This document shows positions 11,971 to 26,300 of a stretch of DNA of 64,000 nucleotides, in pieces. This stretch comes from Octopus sinensis. Lineage: Eukaryota. How positions within the stretch are numbered: position 1 is the stretch's first letter; each line of letters begins with the position of its first letter. The stretch lies in assembly GCF_006345805.1 (NCBI RefSeq), contig NC_043011.1:51844464-51908463 (forward strand), written 5' to 3'. Under the pieces are notes generated by a model. The model was given only the letters and a program-made list of their open reading frames with translations. It had not been told where the DNA came from and did no database searches. Made by a program: the position numbers and the translations under genes.

Positions 11971-14900
11971 ATTTTATCTTTGTATACACTTCTTTGTATT
12001 GCTTTATCTCGAACCAATAGTAATTCGTTTTGGTGGACATATTGTTGCAATTGTTGAATACCATAGCTGGCTGCCTCAAGAATATCTCAGTTAAGTGTTG
12101 CAGCTGGATTTGTACTGGAGTCAGCGGTTCACACTGTTTAAGATCCTTGCTAGCCATTGACTGCACAATATTTTTAGTGAGGATCAAGTGCTTGGTTGTA
12201 TATGACAGATGTGTAGTTTTGATGATCCTTCTGATTGATATAGTACGTCTTCTGTCATGCTATATTGGTGATTATGCTAAAGTTACCGAGGATTGACTGG
12301 TAAACAGGCACAGAAATTGATAGCAAAGGGGCTTTGAGAATGCAAAACTGCAGCATTTACCAAGGTACTGATCCAGTCAGATAAGATATCACTTCCAAGA
12401 GGTATCTTATCTGGCAAGCTTAGCTGTTTGGTGCACAGACATATCAAGCAACTATTTTGAGGTACTGGAATGAGATTGGATCATGGCTATTGTACAGGAG
12501 CTGTCTGAGATTTAAGTAGGTTATTAAAATTCCTAATTTAAAACTAATATCTTTAAACATTAATATGCAGTTTCAAACACCATTGAAGATAGAAAACAAT
12601 CTATTCTTTCATTGTTTCCATTTAAATTTGCATATATTTATATTAAATCATGTTTATTTAAAGTAATCTGCCAGTATAGATAACAATACTGTGAGACAAT
12701 ATCTCACACAAAATATATAGACAGTATATCCAGAATGCTATCACTATTCAAATTCCTCATTTAAAAAAGATCATATCTTCAAAAAATTAGTACACAGTTT
12801 CAATACCATGGAAGATAGAACATAATTTATTCTTTCATTGTTTCACTTTTAAATTTGTTTATACTTCAAAAATATTCAGGTATTATGCTCAATGAATCAA
12901 ATTGTTAATTTTGTAACATTTGAAATATAGTCAAACATTGTACTGTCTCTCTGTCTTACAACTCAGTATATATCATAAGATGAATGAGAAAATGTGAGTG
13001 TGGTGAGCAAGAGGTAGATTAAAAGAAGACTGAAAGAGAAAGAAAAACAATTTGACATCATAAACTGACATTGTTATATTGCACACTAACACTCTTACTC
13101 AATTACTACTCCATTACAACTTTCAACCCCCCTACATTTCAGTTCTTGACCCATCCCTGTTTAATTCCAAAGAGATCTTGGACTTGTGGGGGAAGGGTTT
13201 TAGCTGCATCTATATGTCCCTGTGAAATTCAGTAATAATCATTGGGAAATGGTAACACTGTTTCAGTATAGACAAACATCACCAATTATGTGCACACACA
13301 TACGCATGATATTTTATATATACATTTATATAATAAATATATTTAATACACACACTCACATATGCGTGTATATGAATACATGTGTGGGTGAGTGTGGTGT
13401 AACAGTTTTGTTTACACCAAGATCAGCCCTCATTGAAACTATGACCAATGATTCCAAACCATAATCAAATCCACACACACACAAGACATAATGTATGTTA
13501 TCAAACATGTCTTTTTTCCATATAGTTACGTATGGTTTAAAGATCTAGCTGCTATTTTTAACAGGTAGGGCAACTACAAAGTGACTCACGATGACTTGTG
13601 GAATTTATTACTACTATTTTACTCCAGGTCAACGACGATTGACCAAACCTAAGCTCTAAGGCATTCCAACCATGATCATCTCATCTGTTTAGGGTTATGT
13701 AAAACGAAAGTATCTAATGTTTTCTGTCCTGATGCAGTGTTCTATTGGCTGCTACTTCTAGCAAATAGAGTGACCACATTAATGTTCCTTCATTGGCTTG
13801 AGGTGTTTATTGTAATTGTTTAGCTCAGGACAACTCTGACAGAGCAGACTTGTGACCGAAGACAGTCTCATCACGACTATATTATCTGGTGTGTCATTCA
13901 ATAGTATAAAGTGGTGTTGTCTTTTTTTTGTTTAACCCCAGGTCAAACCCAATCGCACAGATCTGTGGTTAATGACAATCCAGCCGTGATTATCACATCT
14001 TTTAAGGACGACTACATTATCGGATGTCTTCCGTTTTTTTCTTCTTTTCCGTGTCTTAAGACGTTTTGATGTAATGCACTCGGTAGTTAGCCCTGGTTCA
14101 AGCCGATGACGCAGACCTACGATCTAAGGCGAACCCCGACGTTGTGTTTATTGTACATAATCTGTAATGGATGTAGTTGTAGTGTGGTGTCGAGGTAAAA
14201 AAAAAATATATATATTGCAGTGTGGCCTCCGAGTCTAGTGTTGTTGTTGTGGTGGAGGTGGTAGTGGGAATAATGTAGTGTTGCTGTTGGAGTGTCAGTA
14301 GTAGCAGCAGCTTCTTGGCTTCACATCTTAAGTCTTCTTTGACCAAAATCAGTTTTGTGGCTGCTCTTACTACTACTACTACTACTACTACTATTACTAC
14401 TAGCACGACGATGACAACAGCTACAGTGATCAACATCACTACTGTTGTGGTTGTTGTTGTTATAATGGTTTTAGGCGGATACCCAGAGAATAAGGGTTGG
14501 AACAAAATGGTCGAACTGTGTCTCCCCTATAAATTATGATCATGTCAAGGCACAACCTTTGTTTTAATTTTGAATTTCGTCGAAGAACGGCAAAAGAAAA
14601 AAAAGTCTTCAGGAAATGATAGATAATGTAAATAAATAATATAAATTCACGAATTAATAAATAATAACAACAGCAATTAATATCTTAACTTTTTCACGGG
14701 GGTTAATAACAGAAATCCAGTTGAACAAATACGATTATATAGAAATAAATAAACAGAGAAAAGAAATGGGTTGTCATACGATTGTATGGAGAGAATTATA
14801 AAATATAAAGCAAAACATGATCAGAAAATACCACGGATGAACCGATATCTATTTAATTGTAACAATATTAATATTATTATTCGTATGGTCTTCATTTAAA

Positions 14901-15555
14901 ATTGAGATGTAAGAAAACAAACAAGATCGATCATCTTCCCTGATTTACTTTGGGTGAAAGAAAACGGGATGTAGTGTCGTTCATTCTTTTGCCGAGAAAG
15001 AAACATATCAACGGACGTAAATGAATGTAAGAAAGAATAGCTCGAGGCGGGAGTTGCCGGGAGCTTAGAAACTTAAGTCGGCTGCAGTTGTGTTTGATTA
15101 AATAAAAGGTAAATAAAGAAACACTACATCAAACGAACAAACAAATAAATAAATAAACGGCAAGTAAATGTGGATGAATGGATGTTAATGTTTTCACCTC
15201 CTTCCACATCCACCTCCAGTAGCTGAATAAGGATTATCTCACAAGATAAATATATGTAAAGGTATAGACACACACACATACATACATAAACTGACAGATC
15301 TACAGATGACGGGTGACCACTTTATAAGTTATTGGCAACTGAGAGTTGATCCTCCACTTTGTAACCAAACTATTTACAATCACGAATCTATATACATATA
15401 TACACACACACATACATACACATACATATATGTATAGTCATATACGTAGACACAACAGACACGCACCACATACATAGGTATAAACATATACACATGCATT
15501 TTAATAAATTATGTTAATGACAAAGTGTCATAAATAAATATTAGATTAATCCTAC

Positions 15556-15750
15556 CTTACAGGCGTGATGAAGAAGAGAAGCGCCAGGTGAAAGAAGACA
15601 ATGGTCCAGTGAGGCGCTTCTCAAACGACTGGTTAGACTAGATAAAGACTAGGGTTATTGAGAACAGCGATGTTTTATTAGCTGCCACTTATGGAGTCGG
15701 CAGAAGTTGTGGAAGAACATGGTAAGGGAGCGCATATGGAAACAGTGTGG
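15556..15750 (-). other. Candidate non-coding first exon of the divergent minus-strand gene (5' boundary approximate)
   Basis: Consensus donor AAG|GTAGGA at 15555, located inside the CpG-rich region about 500 bp from the + strand start. Confidence 0.35.
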
Positions 15751-16174
15751 TAACAGACGATTCAATTTACTTTGATATTTATTCGCTTAAAAAGGAATTT
15801 GAATAAAAAATTTCACTAAGATAGAAAACCGAACATGAACCTCATTAGATATTATTAAACAAAATGTGATGTTAATTCGTTGATAATTTTATATCGGTTT
15901 TTCTTTGAATTAATTTGTCCTACGAAATAATGTTTTCTCCCCGACTAAGTGCGTGAGCCATCTGGTTTGACTTTAGCTGTTGTTTGTGCATAATTAACCT
16001 AGAAACACACGAATTGGAAATATGTATTTTTAATGTATTAAAATATGAAATAAATAAGCTAATTATCGGAAGGAACTATTTCTGCTGGCTGTGAATAAAA
16101 AGCAATACAGTTGCTATTTAAATGAATTCGTCTCAGAAAAAAAAAAGTGTTGTAGCTAAGAGGTGGGGAGGGAG

Positions 16175-16250
16175 GAAAACTAGCCGGAAGTTTACTGTTT
16201 TTGAAACGGAAGTAGCAATCACGTGATACAAACATTAGCCAAAATGGCAG
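16175..16250 (+). promoter_or_regulatory. Housekeeping-type core promoter
   Basis: CCGGAAGT (16184-16191) and ACGGAAGT (16206-16213) ETS/GABP-type sites, TCACGTGA E-box (16219-16226), and a YY1-like CAAAATGGC overlapping the ATG, all within locally CpG-rich DNA. Confidence 0.7.
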
Positions 16251-16276
16251 ACACGGATTCGGGCCAAGTCGAAGAG
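16244..16276 (+). CDS. Probable first coding exon, MADTDSGQVEE; product unidentified
   Basis: AAAATGG strong start context directly after the promoter motifs; phase-0 donor GAG|GTAAAG. Confidence 0.65.
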
Positions 16277-17060
16277 GTAAAGTAATTTTCAGCTTTAAGC
16301 ATTGAATGTATGGTATAAATTTTTTTACCTACCTCAGTCTATTATATCGGCCGTATTGTCATCTATGTAATGAAATATCCAGAGAAGCGTTACAGCATGA
16401 TGTGGTTACGCAAAGCAACACTGTAGAAAAACTCATATTTTATGCTAACCTCACCTAAGAAGTGATATGCACAGCTGTTGTTCTGTCTAATGACAAACAC
16501 TAAAATAATGTATTTCTTGCGGTTGTATTTGTGGTTGTACCGCTCGTATTTATAAGTTTGTATGATATCATTTTCTTTGTTCTGCACGTCTTCTTGCTAT
16601 CGATTGTCTTTCTAGTCTGAATGAATTATTATTAATAGACGTAAAATACATCGATTAAAGTAGGAGGACGCGTTTCATGATCCGCCCATTTAACTTTTCA
16701 CTAAACATGTTCAATCGACTTTAATAAATTACTTTACATATATATATATATAATATTGTGTGTGTTTATATTAGATATATGTGTGTGTGTAGAAAACTTA
16801 TAGTAGGAAGCTCTCTTAAAACGAGTATTTCAACTTGTTTTATTTATATGTATTTCGTTCCACTATTTACTTCAATGGAAGACTTGGGGGGAAATTACGC
16901 AGGGACACGGGTACAATTTACTTCACCGTTTTTTTGTTTGCATTAAAATCAACCCTTTATCATACGCCGGCATGTGGATTTTGTTTATTCTTGTTTCTGT
17001 TGTTATAAATACCCCGGGTAGGTAATGAACTCGGGTATTTATTGTTGTTATTATTAGTGG

Positions 17061-18330
17061 GGCGGTCAGCTGGCAGAATCATTAGCACGTCGAGCCAAAT
17101 GCTTAGTGGCATTTTATCCGTGTTTACTTTCTGATTTCAAATGCCACCGAGGTTGACTTTGCCTTTCATCCTTCCAGGGACGATAAAATAAGTAGCAGTC
17201 GAGCACTGGAGTCGATAATACCGACTTACCCCTACCCCTAAAATTATTGGTCTTGTGCCAAAATTTGAAACCATTATTTACAGATGGCAGGGACTTGCAG
17301 AATGGTGGACATCCGTTCTATTTTCGGTGAAACGCTGTATTGAATTTGTGTAGAAATCTCGTCCAAATCACTAAGCCTACATTAATATGCTAGATTGATT
17401 ATATCTTCCTCTAACAAATAAAATGAAAACAAACCATTATTACAACTTGAAAAGATAGTAGTCAGAGTCAACCTCAGCGAGATTTGAACTCAGAACTTAA
17501 GCTGTTGACCTTTACATCGTGAGTTGATATCTTGTTGAGGTCGACTTTGCCTCTCATCCGTCTAGTGTCGATCAGATAAGTACCAGTCATGTACTACCTT
17601 CGATGAAGTAAGGCATCAATCAAGTATTTAGGGTTCCTATAAAATGACTGCACACGCCCTCACCCGACTCCAAAGAAATAGTTGTTTGCCTTCTGCTTAA
17701 ACAAGAAGCAATTGTTAAAGGGTGGTGAATTAGCAAAATCATTATAGCCTCGGACACAATGCCTTAAAGTGTTTGTTCCACCTCTATTTTTTAGTTAAAA
17801 TCCTACAAAAGCCAACTTTGCCTTCTTTATCCATTTGGTGTTGATAAAATACAATGTCAATCATGTAATAGGGTCAATGTCATTAATGAGTCCCCTCTCC
17901 AAAATTTCTGGCATTGTGCCTAAGAAGCATTATTATTATTAAGACATGAGCTGGCAGAATTGTTAGCACATCAGAGACAATGCTTAGTGCTTTCTTCTAG
18001 TTCTTTACCTTTTGAGTTCAAATACTGTCAAGATCAACTTCGCTTTTCATCCTTTCAGGGTCAATAGAATATAGTACCAATCAAGTTCTGGGATTAACAT
18101 AATCAGTTAATCCCGTCTTGCTAAAATTGCTAGCGTTGTGCCAAAATTTGATACATTATCATTAAGTGATGGATTGGTTGAATCATTAGTGTCAGACAAT
18201 CTCATGTGGTATTTGTCATGGGTCTTTATGCTCTGAGTCCAAATCTCAACAAGATCAGCTTTGCTTTCATTCTTTTAGGGTCAATAAAATAAAGTACCAA
18301 TCAAGTTTTGGGATCAATTTGATTTACCCA
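17061..18330 (+). mobile_element. Cluster of same-orientation family-B-type SINE copies
   Basis: Units begin at about 17061, 17700, 17940 and 18165, each with gcagaatc..ttagca..gagttcaaat..ctttgcct(t)tcat..aagtacc..ttgtgcc. Confidence 0.75.
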
Positions 18331-19535
18331 CATCTAAATTCAATAGTAAAAGTATTAGTGGTTAATTGGGTTCAGGTGGATTGACTGTAATGCTTACTTA
18401 AAAAATGCAGAGCTCTGTTCCAGTATCGAAAATGATTGTCATAAGGATATTTTTTTTTTGTCATTTATTTTGATTCTTAAAGTCATAACTAAGATGCTGG
18501 ATTAAATGCATTGCTTATAATTTGCTTACATCATTCTCCAGTTTGAATTCCATTTAATTCCATGAAATATTGAGGCCAATGCAAGTTCAAGTGCAAGTAA
18601 CATTATTGCAGTACCTCTCACAGTACTGAGTGGTGTTCTTGCTACAAACACAAATATCCTTGAACACATTAAAAAAGTGGCCACTTGGCTGATGTGTTAA
18701 ATATTTTCTCAGTCACTTTCATCGCTATTATAAAGGTTTCTATACCATCAGGCTGTATACCACTTCTGTTCTGTCCCATTTGTTGTATCCATTCTATACC
18801 TCTCACCAACTTCTATGTTTCATTCACCCCAACTTTATGTCAGATCATGTACAAAACCCAACTGCAACCATCTGGAATTTCATCCCCTGAACTGAACATC
18901 AGCCACCTTGATCTCACCTGTCTGGAAGTGATGCCTGTGAAAGTCATGAGCATCACCTATCCTTGTTTGTATCTTTTTGAAAGTTGTTGCATTTAGGCTA
19001 CTGATACTTTAGGAAGGTATTATAAAATCTGTCCAATTCTCCAATATATGTGGCCTTTGTGCCAGAAATTGACATATAAAGTTGTTTTTTTCTGTTTTAA
19101 TCTTGTGACTTTATATTTTATTTATTTTTTGTAAAGAAATGTTTGTTCCATATTTTCTGTTCAGTTTTCATGTTATGTGTTTATTTATTTATTTATATAT
19201 TGTTTTTTTTCTTTTGTATTATTATGCCTTTATATTATGTACCAGTCAATGTCACAGTTATGTGTAAGTATGTATGTACCTCCCCACTTTAATGTCAGCA
19301 GTGCCAGTGCATGTGTCTTCAAACGAATTTTGAAATAGAATTTCTTTACTGGACTAAATAACTCATTACATTTAGTTTTTTTTTTTCATATGTCTTAAAG
19401 AAAACATGCTAAACCAATGGAATAAGAATACCAGTGGTTGAACCCATCAGCCATACCATCATACCATTCCTTTCATTATAATTGTGACATTTTGTTAGTG
19501 TAAGAGATCATTATTATTACATTACTACTCTACAA

Positions 19536-19766
19536 GGCGGCGAACTAGCAGAACCGTTAGCACGCCTGGCGAAATGCGTAGCTGTATTTCGTCTGCCATT
19601 ACGCTCTGAGTTCAAACTCCACCGAGGTCGACTTTGCCTTTCATCCTTTCAGGGTCGATAAATTAAGTACCAGTTATGCACTGGGGTCGATGTAATTGAC
19701 TTAATCCCTTTGTCTGTCCTTGTTTGTCCCCTCTATGTTTAGCCCCTTGTAGGTAATAAAGAAATA
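19536..19766 (+). mobile_element. SINE family B with 20-bp target-site duplication
   Basis: TTATTACATTACTACTCTAC occurs at 19514-19533 and 19769-19788. Confidence 0.92.
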
Positions 19767-20527
19767 TGTTATTACATTACTACTCTACTTCAGCAGTAAT
19801 CTCTTTTTTTTTTTTGCACTTCTCTTTTCTTCTTTTGTCACAAGTTTCATCATATTCAGCTTTGTATCAGCAATATGTGGAATAATCTTTGATCATGAAC
19901 CTCTTGGATTTGTGCAAGCTATCATTGACAAAAATATCTAAAATGAATTGTTAATACGATAATTTTTTTCACACTGCTGTAAAGTGGTAGGCAATAGAAA
20001 GGGCATCCAGTCATAAAACACAATATACACAGCAACAAAGATTAGCAGTTTTCTAAAATGTGGGTATCAGACAACAAAGGAATGCAACAACATAAGAGAT
20101 TATAGTGGATCACACTTGTCCAACCCATGACAGCATAGAAAAACAGATGTAAAATGATGGTGATGATTGACCTAAAAGATTAAAAATTTTCTAATATTTC
20201 CATCTTCATCATATTTTGATGGGATTGATCTGTGATTAATGTATAAATTGAACATCATCGGGGAAACTTTTTATCTGGATAACTAGGCAAATTGGAGATA
20301 ATTTTGATAAGAAATTTCTAAAGAACTAATCAAATCTGTTTGTTGTTGATGTGGTATAAAATCTTTTTAGAATTACTATGTTACCCAAATTAGTATTTGT
20401 TCAATTCAACCTAGAACCATAGAATCTGTAGCAGCACTAGGTAAAATTGATAAACTCAAATGCTACATCTCTGTCAAGAAGGCAAACTCACTCTGGTCAT
20501 GTTATTGCTGATTTGAGCTATCTACAT

Positions 20528-20744
20528 CAGTGGTTCTCAACAGGAGTCCATATCAGATTTTGTTGTTAAAATTTGTGTACAATAAACTGGTTATACTTCT
20601 AAAGTACACAAAATATTTAGATTTTCTTTTATACAAATCCTAATGATATTTAATTCTAAAAATATAATAGGGTTTATAAACATCGAATGGCTAATTGGAT
20701 CCACCCAAGTAAAATAAGGATCAAAAAATGGTTGAGAACCACTG
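20528..20744. mobile_element. hAT-like MITE
   Basis: 14-bp TIRs CAGTGGTTCTCAAC / GTTGAGAACCACTG; imperfect 8-bp TSD ATCTACAT vs ATGAACAT. Confidence 0.8.
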
Positions 20745-23175
20745 ATGAACATAAAGACAGCTGTTTACCAAATTCCAAGGTCAATCACCATTTTTCTGTG
20801 ACAGTGAGATGGGTGACAAGTGACCTCTAGATCATCTGGAATTTGAATTTAACTGTCAGGTGCATGTGTGGATGTGTGGTTGAGAAGCTTGTTTCCCAAC
20901 CATGTGGTCTCAAGTTCAGTCCCACTCTGCAGGACCTTGGGCAAGTGTTTTGTGAAATAGCTCTTGAGTCAACCAAAGCCTAATGAGTGGATGAGATAGA
21001 CAAAAACTGAAGAAGCTCATCATATTTTGAGTTTGAATGATTGTCCATCGATACCTTGCTTGCTGTAAGCGTGTCCACCTATTGTATTATCAAAGGTATG
21101 AAACTTATTGCCTGCATTTAAATCCTGTGTATATTGGTTTCAAATTTTGACACGAGGCCAGCAAGTTCAGGTAAAGGGTAAGCAAATTACATCACCTCCA
21201 GTGCTCAACTGATATTTATTTTATCGATCCCCAAAGGATGAAGTGCAAAATCAACCTCAGCAGCATTTGAGCTAAGAACATAAAGACTGAGGAAATGCAA
21301 CTGAGCATTTTTCCCAGCGTGCCAGCTTACTGCCTTCCAAATCCTGTGTGTATTAAATGAGATATACATATATGTGTGAGTATACCCTTGTCTTGACATC
21401 ACATAATAGTTGTAAATGAGCATTGCCATCATACAAACGATGTTGTTCATTTCCAGTCTTACATGAAAATTGTGCCTGGCTATGGGAAAATATAACTTTA
21501 CTTGTAAACAGGTGAGAGTTGGTGACAGGAAGGACACCTGCTTATAAAAAAGCTGTCTTAACAAATACTCTCTGACTCTTACAAGCATGGAAAAGTGGAC
21601 ATTAGATGATGGTGATTAGCATTACAATCCCTCTAGAGATCAAAGTCATTCAGAGTTGTTGTTGTTGTCTACCCCTGATCAGTGCAGACTGAGCAACCCT
21701 ATAGTATGTAAGTAGTCTATTACATTACTAGATGAGATCTGCAAATCCATTGGCCTTGATATATCATTCTTCTGTCAAGTGGAAGACAAAATCATTTGTG
21801 TTCTAATATGCGGGGATTTGTTGCCTGGTGTATTGTATGACATTCTTGGTATTTTGCTTTTTTTTTCTCCCCCCCCCCACTACCCTTAGCAAAGGTATCA
21901 AGATTGACATGATTGCTATGTGATAATTGTTATTCCTCTGCACTCATTATTGATGTTAATTATTCTAGCACATTTAAGACAAATTAGTTTATTAAGGTTC
22001 TATTTTTGTGTTTGTTTTACCCAAATGGCAGGCATAGGGTTTCGAGGTTTGTGTTGTGATTGCTACACTTGTTTGTTTAGTTCCAAGCCAACCTTGATTT
22101 AGCATTCCATCCATGGCCATCCCCCTCTTGGGAATATGTAGTATTGCATTATCCAGTGTAACCTTTCCTTTTTCACAAACATAAAGGATGATTTGAAGGA
22201 TAATTGGTTGCTGTTTCTAGCAGGTCAAGTGACCATATAGATTGGTCATGGACACCTTTGCAGCCTGCAGGATTTTCTGAATGCCACACTAAATGACAAA
22301 TTACCTGGAAATGTTGTAGTAATGTAGCCCAACTGATGATGAGCCATATCTCATGCAGCCTGTTTATGAAATGATTGCCTGTGCCTGATACAGATGTTCC
22401 CTTATTAGCTTACTTGGTATTGTTGTTATCTCCTGATGCTCCCTTATTGGCTCACTTGATGTTGTTGTAGTCTTCTGTGGTGTTTGAAGTTGATTGCATG
22501 TGTGTTGATTGGGACTATGGGGATTAACAATTTTTTGCAGCAGTGGTCTTCCACTCAATAGTCTTGTGTTATTGCATAGGTGGTCAGTTAATGTTGTCTT
22601 TGCAATTCACACAATGCTATGAAATTTGCTGGTGGGGGAGTACCATTGGAAGTTGAAATCTTTCACAAATATGTATGAATTTTACATCTTGGTGAAAAAA
22701 GTCTGCAAGAACATATAGTTAAGTGCAGGTGAGTATGTCCATTGTGATGAGCCAGTAAAGTTAAGTTAGTAAGTATAAAGCTTTCCTGCTAGCAATAAAT
22801 GTGTGACAAATAATTTGTGATGCAAGTGATGCGTATTTCTGTAGTGGTTGTATAGTTCAATCATATAGAAGATAAACTTTTAAAATATCTAAAGCCAGAA
22901 AGTGAGATCTGAAGTGTTATACAGTGTAATTAGTGACACATTTGCACTGCAACCATTTGAGACATTTTTAAAGAAATGTCAGAGGCCTTGTGGTTCTATT
23001 TAATCTCAAATTAGTGCTTGTAATATAACATCCAGATGAATGCATGACTGTGGTAAGAAGTTTGCTTCTCAAATACGTGGTTCCAGGTTAGTCCCACTGC
23101 ATGGTACCTTGGGCAAGTGCTTTCTACTATAATTTGTTAAGATACAGTCATTTTGTTATCATCATCATCATTTAA

Positions 23176-23394
23176 CCCTTTAGCATTCAGATTATTCTGT
23201 CAAATATAATATTTATTCATCCATATTGTTTTAAGCTAATCATGTATTATTTCGTGGCTTTAAGATTTCCATGATGTTATCACCTGTTTTTAGATTGACA
23301 TTATAGGTTGGTGTGAGATATCAAATCTGGGCAGTTTTAACAGAAAACAGGTAGATTATTTGGGCCAGTTATGGCCGGTTTAAACACTAAAGGG
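23176..23394. mobile_element. piggyBac-like MITE
   Basis: TTAA|CCCTTTAG...CTAAAGGG|TTAA. Removing the element and one TTAA restores an RTE tail, catcatcatttaatgtccatttcccatgctggcat. Confidence 0.85.
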
Positions 23395-26300
23395 TTAATG
23401 TCCATTTCCCATGCTGGCATTAACTGTAGTATTCATTTAAACACTAGGTACTTACTATATTCTTGACTTTGTTGCAAATTCCTCCACAGTAAAAATGTGA
23501 TGCATAATTTCTGCATACCCAATTATATGGTGTTGTCTCCTTAACACATACAATGGAAATGCATTCCCAATCTTCCCATTCAGTAGCAGACAGTATGTGT
23601 ATACACCAGATTAATAATGATAAATATATTTTGCTAAAATCTTCATTATTTTCAAAACTAATTTAAACAAAGACGGTGTATTTCAACAGAAATGTGGTAA
23701 CAAAACAGGTTAATACTCAACACTTAACCAAAGGTTGTATAAAGCATTTTCATTTAACCCTTTTTGACTATATTTCTAATGAGCGAACTGCTTATCTGTT
23801 TCAGTTATTTTTCAATATTCTTTTCTCCTGTTAGTTATTTCTGTTTATCAAATCCACTCACAAGATATCAGTCTGGGACTATATAGGATGACATTTGCTT
23901 AAGGTACCAATCCAGTTTTTGAAGTGGTTTAGTAAAATATTTGCAACTTCATGTATATATTATGTAATATTTATATCAGTCATGATACCGTTCACACTAT
24001 AACAAGATATTCATTTAGATATGAATGATGATGATGATTACTTTGGCACAGGTGGAGTGGGACAGATTGTTGCTAAAAGGACTAAAGTAGGCTAGATAAT
24101 AACTAGTATTTGACACTGAAGATATATTTTATCTAGAGGACTTCAAGGGACATGAAAATATTTCTTGGTTCTAAAGAAACACTTAAATCTCTCATATAGT
24201 TTAGCTATATTGAGAATATAGTGCTTTGTAGTGACATCCATATTTGATTTGTATGTATTCGAAGAGTTTGTGTGTGTATATGTATATATGTGTGTATATA
24301 TATATATATATAATAGCATTAGTAATGCACATTCCTTGTATAATAAGAATTTACACAGTTGCAACCAATGCACATTTGAAACCTCTTTCACTCTTCTTAC
24401 ACATTCTTCACAATATATGTTTTTAATGAACTATCCTTACAAACACAGTCACATTGCATGAGTAATCATTTGTTGCACTGTTAGTGCATGTATGTCACCA
24501 TTTCACCATAATGTGTACATCTGTGATGTTTGTTTGTTGCATTACTGATGTGCATCTGTTGCAAATTTGAATGAATACCTGGTGTGTATGTGACCAAGAC
24601 AATTGTTGAACCATATAGGTGCAGCTATACATAATACATAGCCTGTGTAATATCTTCTCTATATATCTGATACTCTTCAGGATCACTGCTGTACAATTGA
24701 AGGTTTAAAACATATCTGGAGACCATTAACTTAATGTGCATCTGTATGTTAACAGTCAGTAAGCATATTTTGTGTGTATCAATGCTATTCATTAATTCTA
24801 TTTGCAACAAGTTTTCGTTGCACATTTAGATCCCCTTGTGTTGTTGTTTTTCCCAAGCTCGGCCCTAATCTAACATGCACATCTCCTAGATATACCTTTA
24901 AACTGCATCCAATTGTGGGACCCTGGTTTGGGAGTTCCAGGGTTTTAAGGAGTGTGAAATCTCCTCTTAGCTGTTCCCAGGTCTACTCTGACCCAGAGCA
25001 GTAGCACCTCTCAGGGCCCAGCTATAGGTTAATTTGCATGTTATAGCATAGAAGAAACTCCAAACACAAACCCTCACTACCTTGTGAAAGAAAAAAGCTA
25101 GAGAGGTCAACCTTAACAAAAGGTTAGCAATTCAAGGAGTGGAGTCCCCCAGGCAGTCAGGTGCCCTCTTTGACTCCCTTCTGGCAACTCCAGCATAGGT
25201 GAAGCTTTCCAGCCCTGTAAGGCAGTTCACCCCAATGTAAAACTTACAGCATGTTGTTCACTGCAACCATCTCAGCATTCTAAGCCACTGTGGTCAGACC
25301 TCTAATTTTAAAGAATGATTTTGGATTGCGCAGACTGACTCTCACTTTGAAAATACTGGGTGCAGGCAGGAGGAAAAGGGATTGCTTTACATAGCCACTT
25401 GAGGGCATATTACTCTTCTTCATGATCTTCAGACATGAAGAAACTGCCATCACATTACCATGCAAGCAAGTACCTACCTATTTCTGTGAGAATTGAGGCA
25501 TACAGTATTGAAGTGTCCTACCTGGAAACATACCATAATGTCTGCTATAGATTTGAACTCACAGCTCATGAGGTGGTAGCCAATACTTTATTCATTTGAC
25601 CACAACGCTTCTGCAGATTTCCTTTCCATCAACAAACCCTCTTCATATACAAGTCATGACATTGGCCTTTATACTAATAAGTATTTCTGTTGTTTTGCTT
25701 CCCAGAAGAAAATGCCCCAGTGTGTTGTTAGACTTGGTAATAAGGGCCTACATCAACATGAATATAATTGGAAATTAAAACAAAAGTTGTGTGGTTTTGT
25801 AGTTTAGCACCAGGTCAACCCACATCAAGCAGATCAACAATCAAACGAATGTCAGCTATGACTGCCCATTCTACTTCCATTTTTGGCTATATCTTGGATG
25901 ACATTATCTAATGAATGTCTTTGATTTTGTTAATTGGTGGGCTGAGATTAAGGGAGACTTAGTTATTGTTTCTAGGAGGTCATGTGATCATATAGAGGTC
26001 CCCTTGTGTTGTTTTGCCTGAGCTTAGCTTGATGAAATCTAACACATTTCATCAAGATGTTTCAATCATGTAGTCATGTTAGGGATTAAGGTAAAAGCTA
26101 TTATAGAATATTGTGTTGAAATAGACCCTAATGTTTTAGATGGGGCTCTTTACTGTGATGGACCTTGGTTAAAATGATAGTCTCTCCTTTATGAACCCTT
26201 AATTTGAGTTAATAAAGTTTTAGTTTTATTTTAAAGCTGCTATGATGAGGAGAGTCAGTGTCCATAATCTTTTTGGGGACTTTCTAGACTGGAGAACAGA

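Noticed and set aside
14098-14505. 135-aa ORF with poly-Val 'transmembrane' and poly-Thr stretches
   Set aside because: It is built from (GTA)n/(ACA)n trinucleotide repeats and has no good start or donor. It is more likely UTR or intron sequence near the promoter.
24628-24690. Peptide SSDPEEYQIYREDITQAMYY, faintly like importin-13
   Set aside because: Short match from memory, weak donor, in-frame stop immediately after, and no supporting neighbouring exons.
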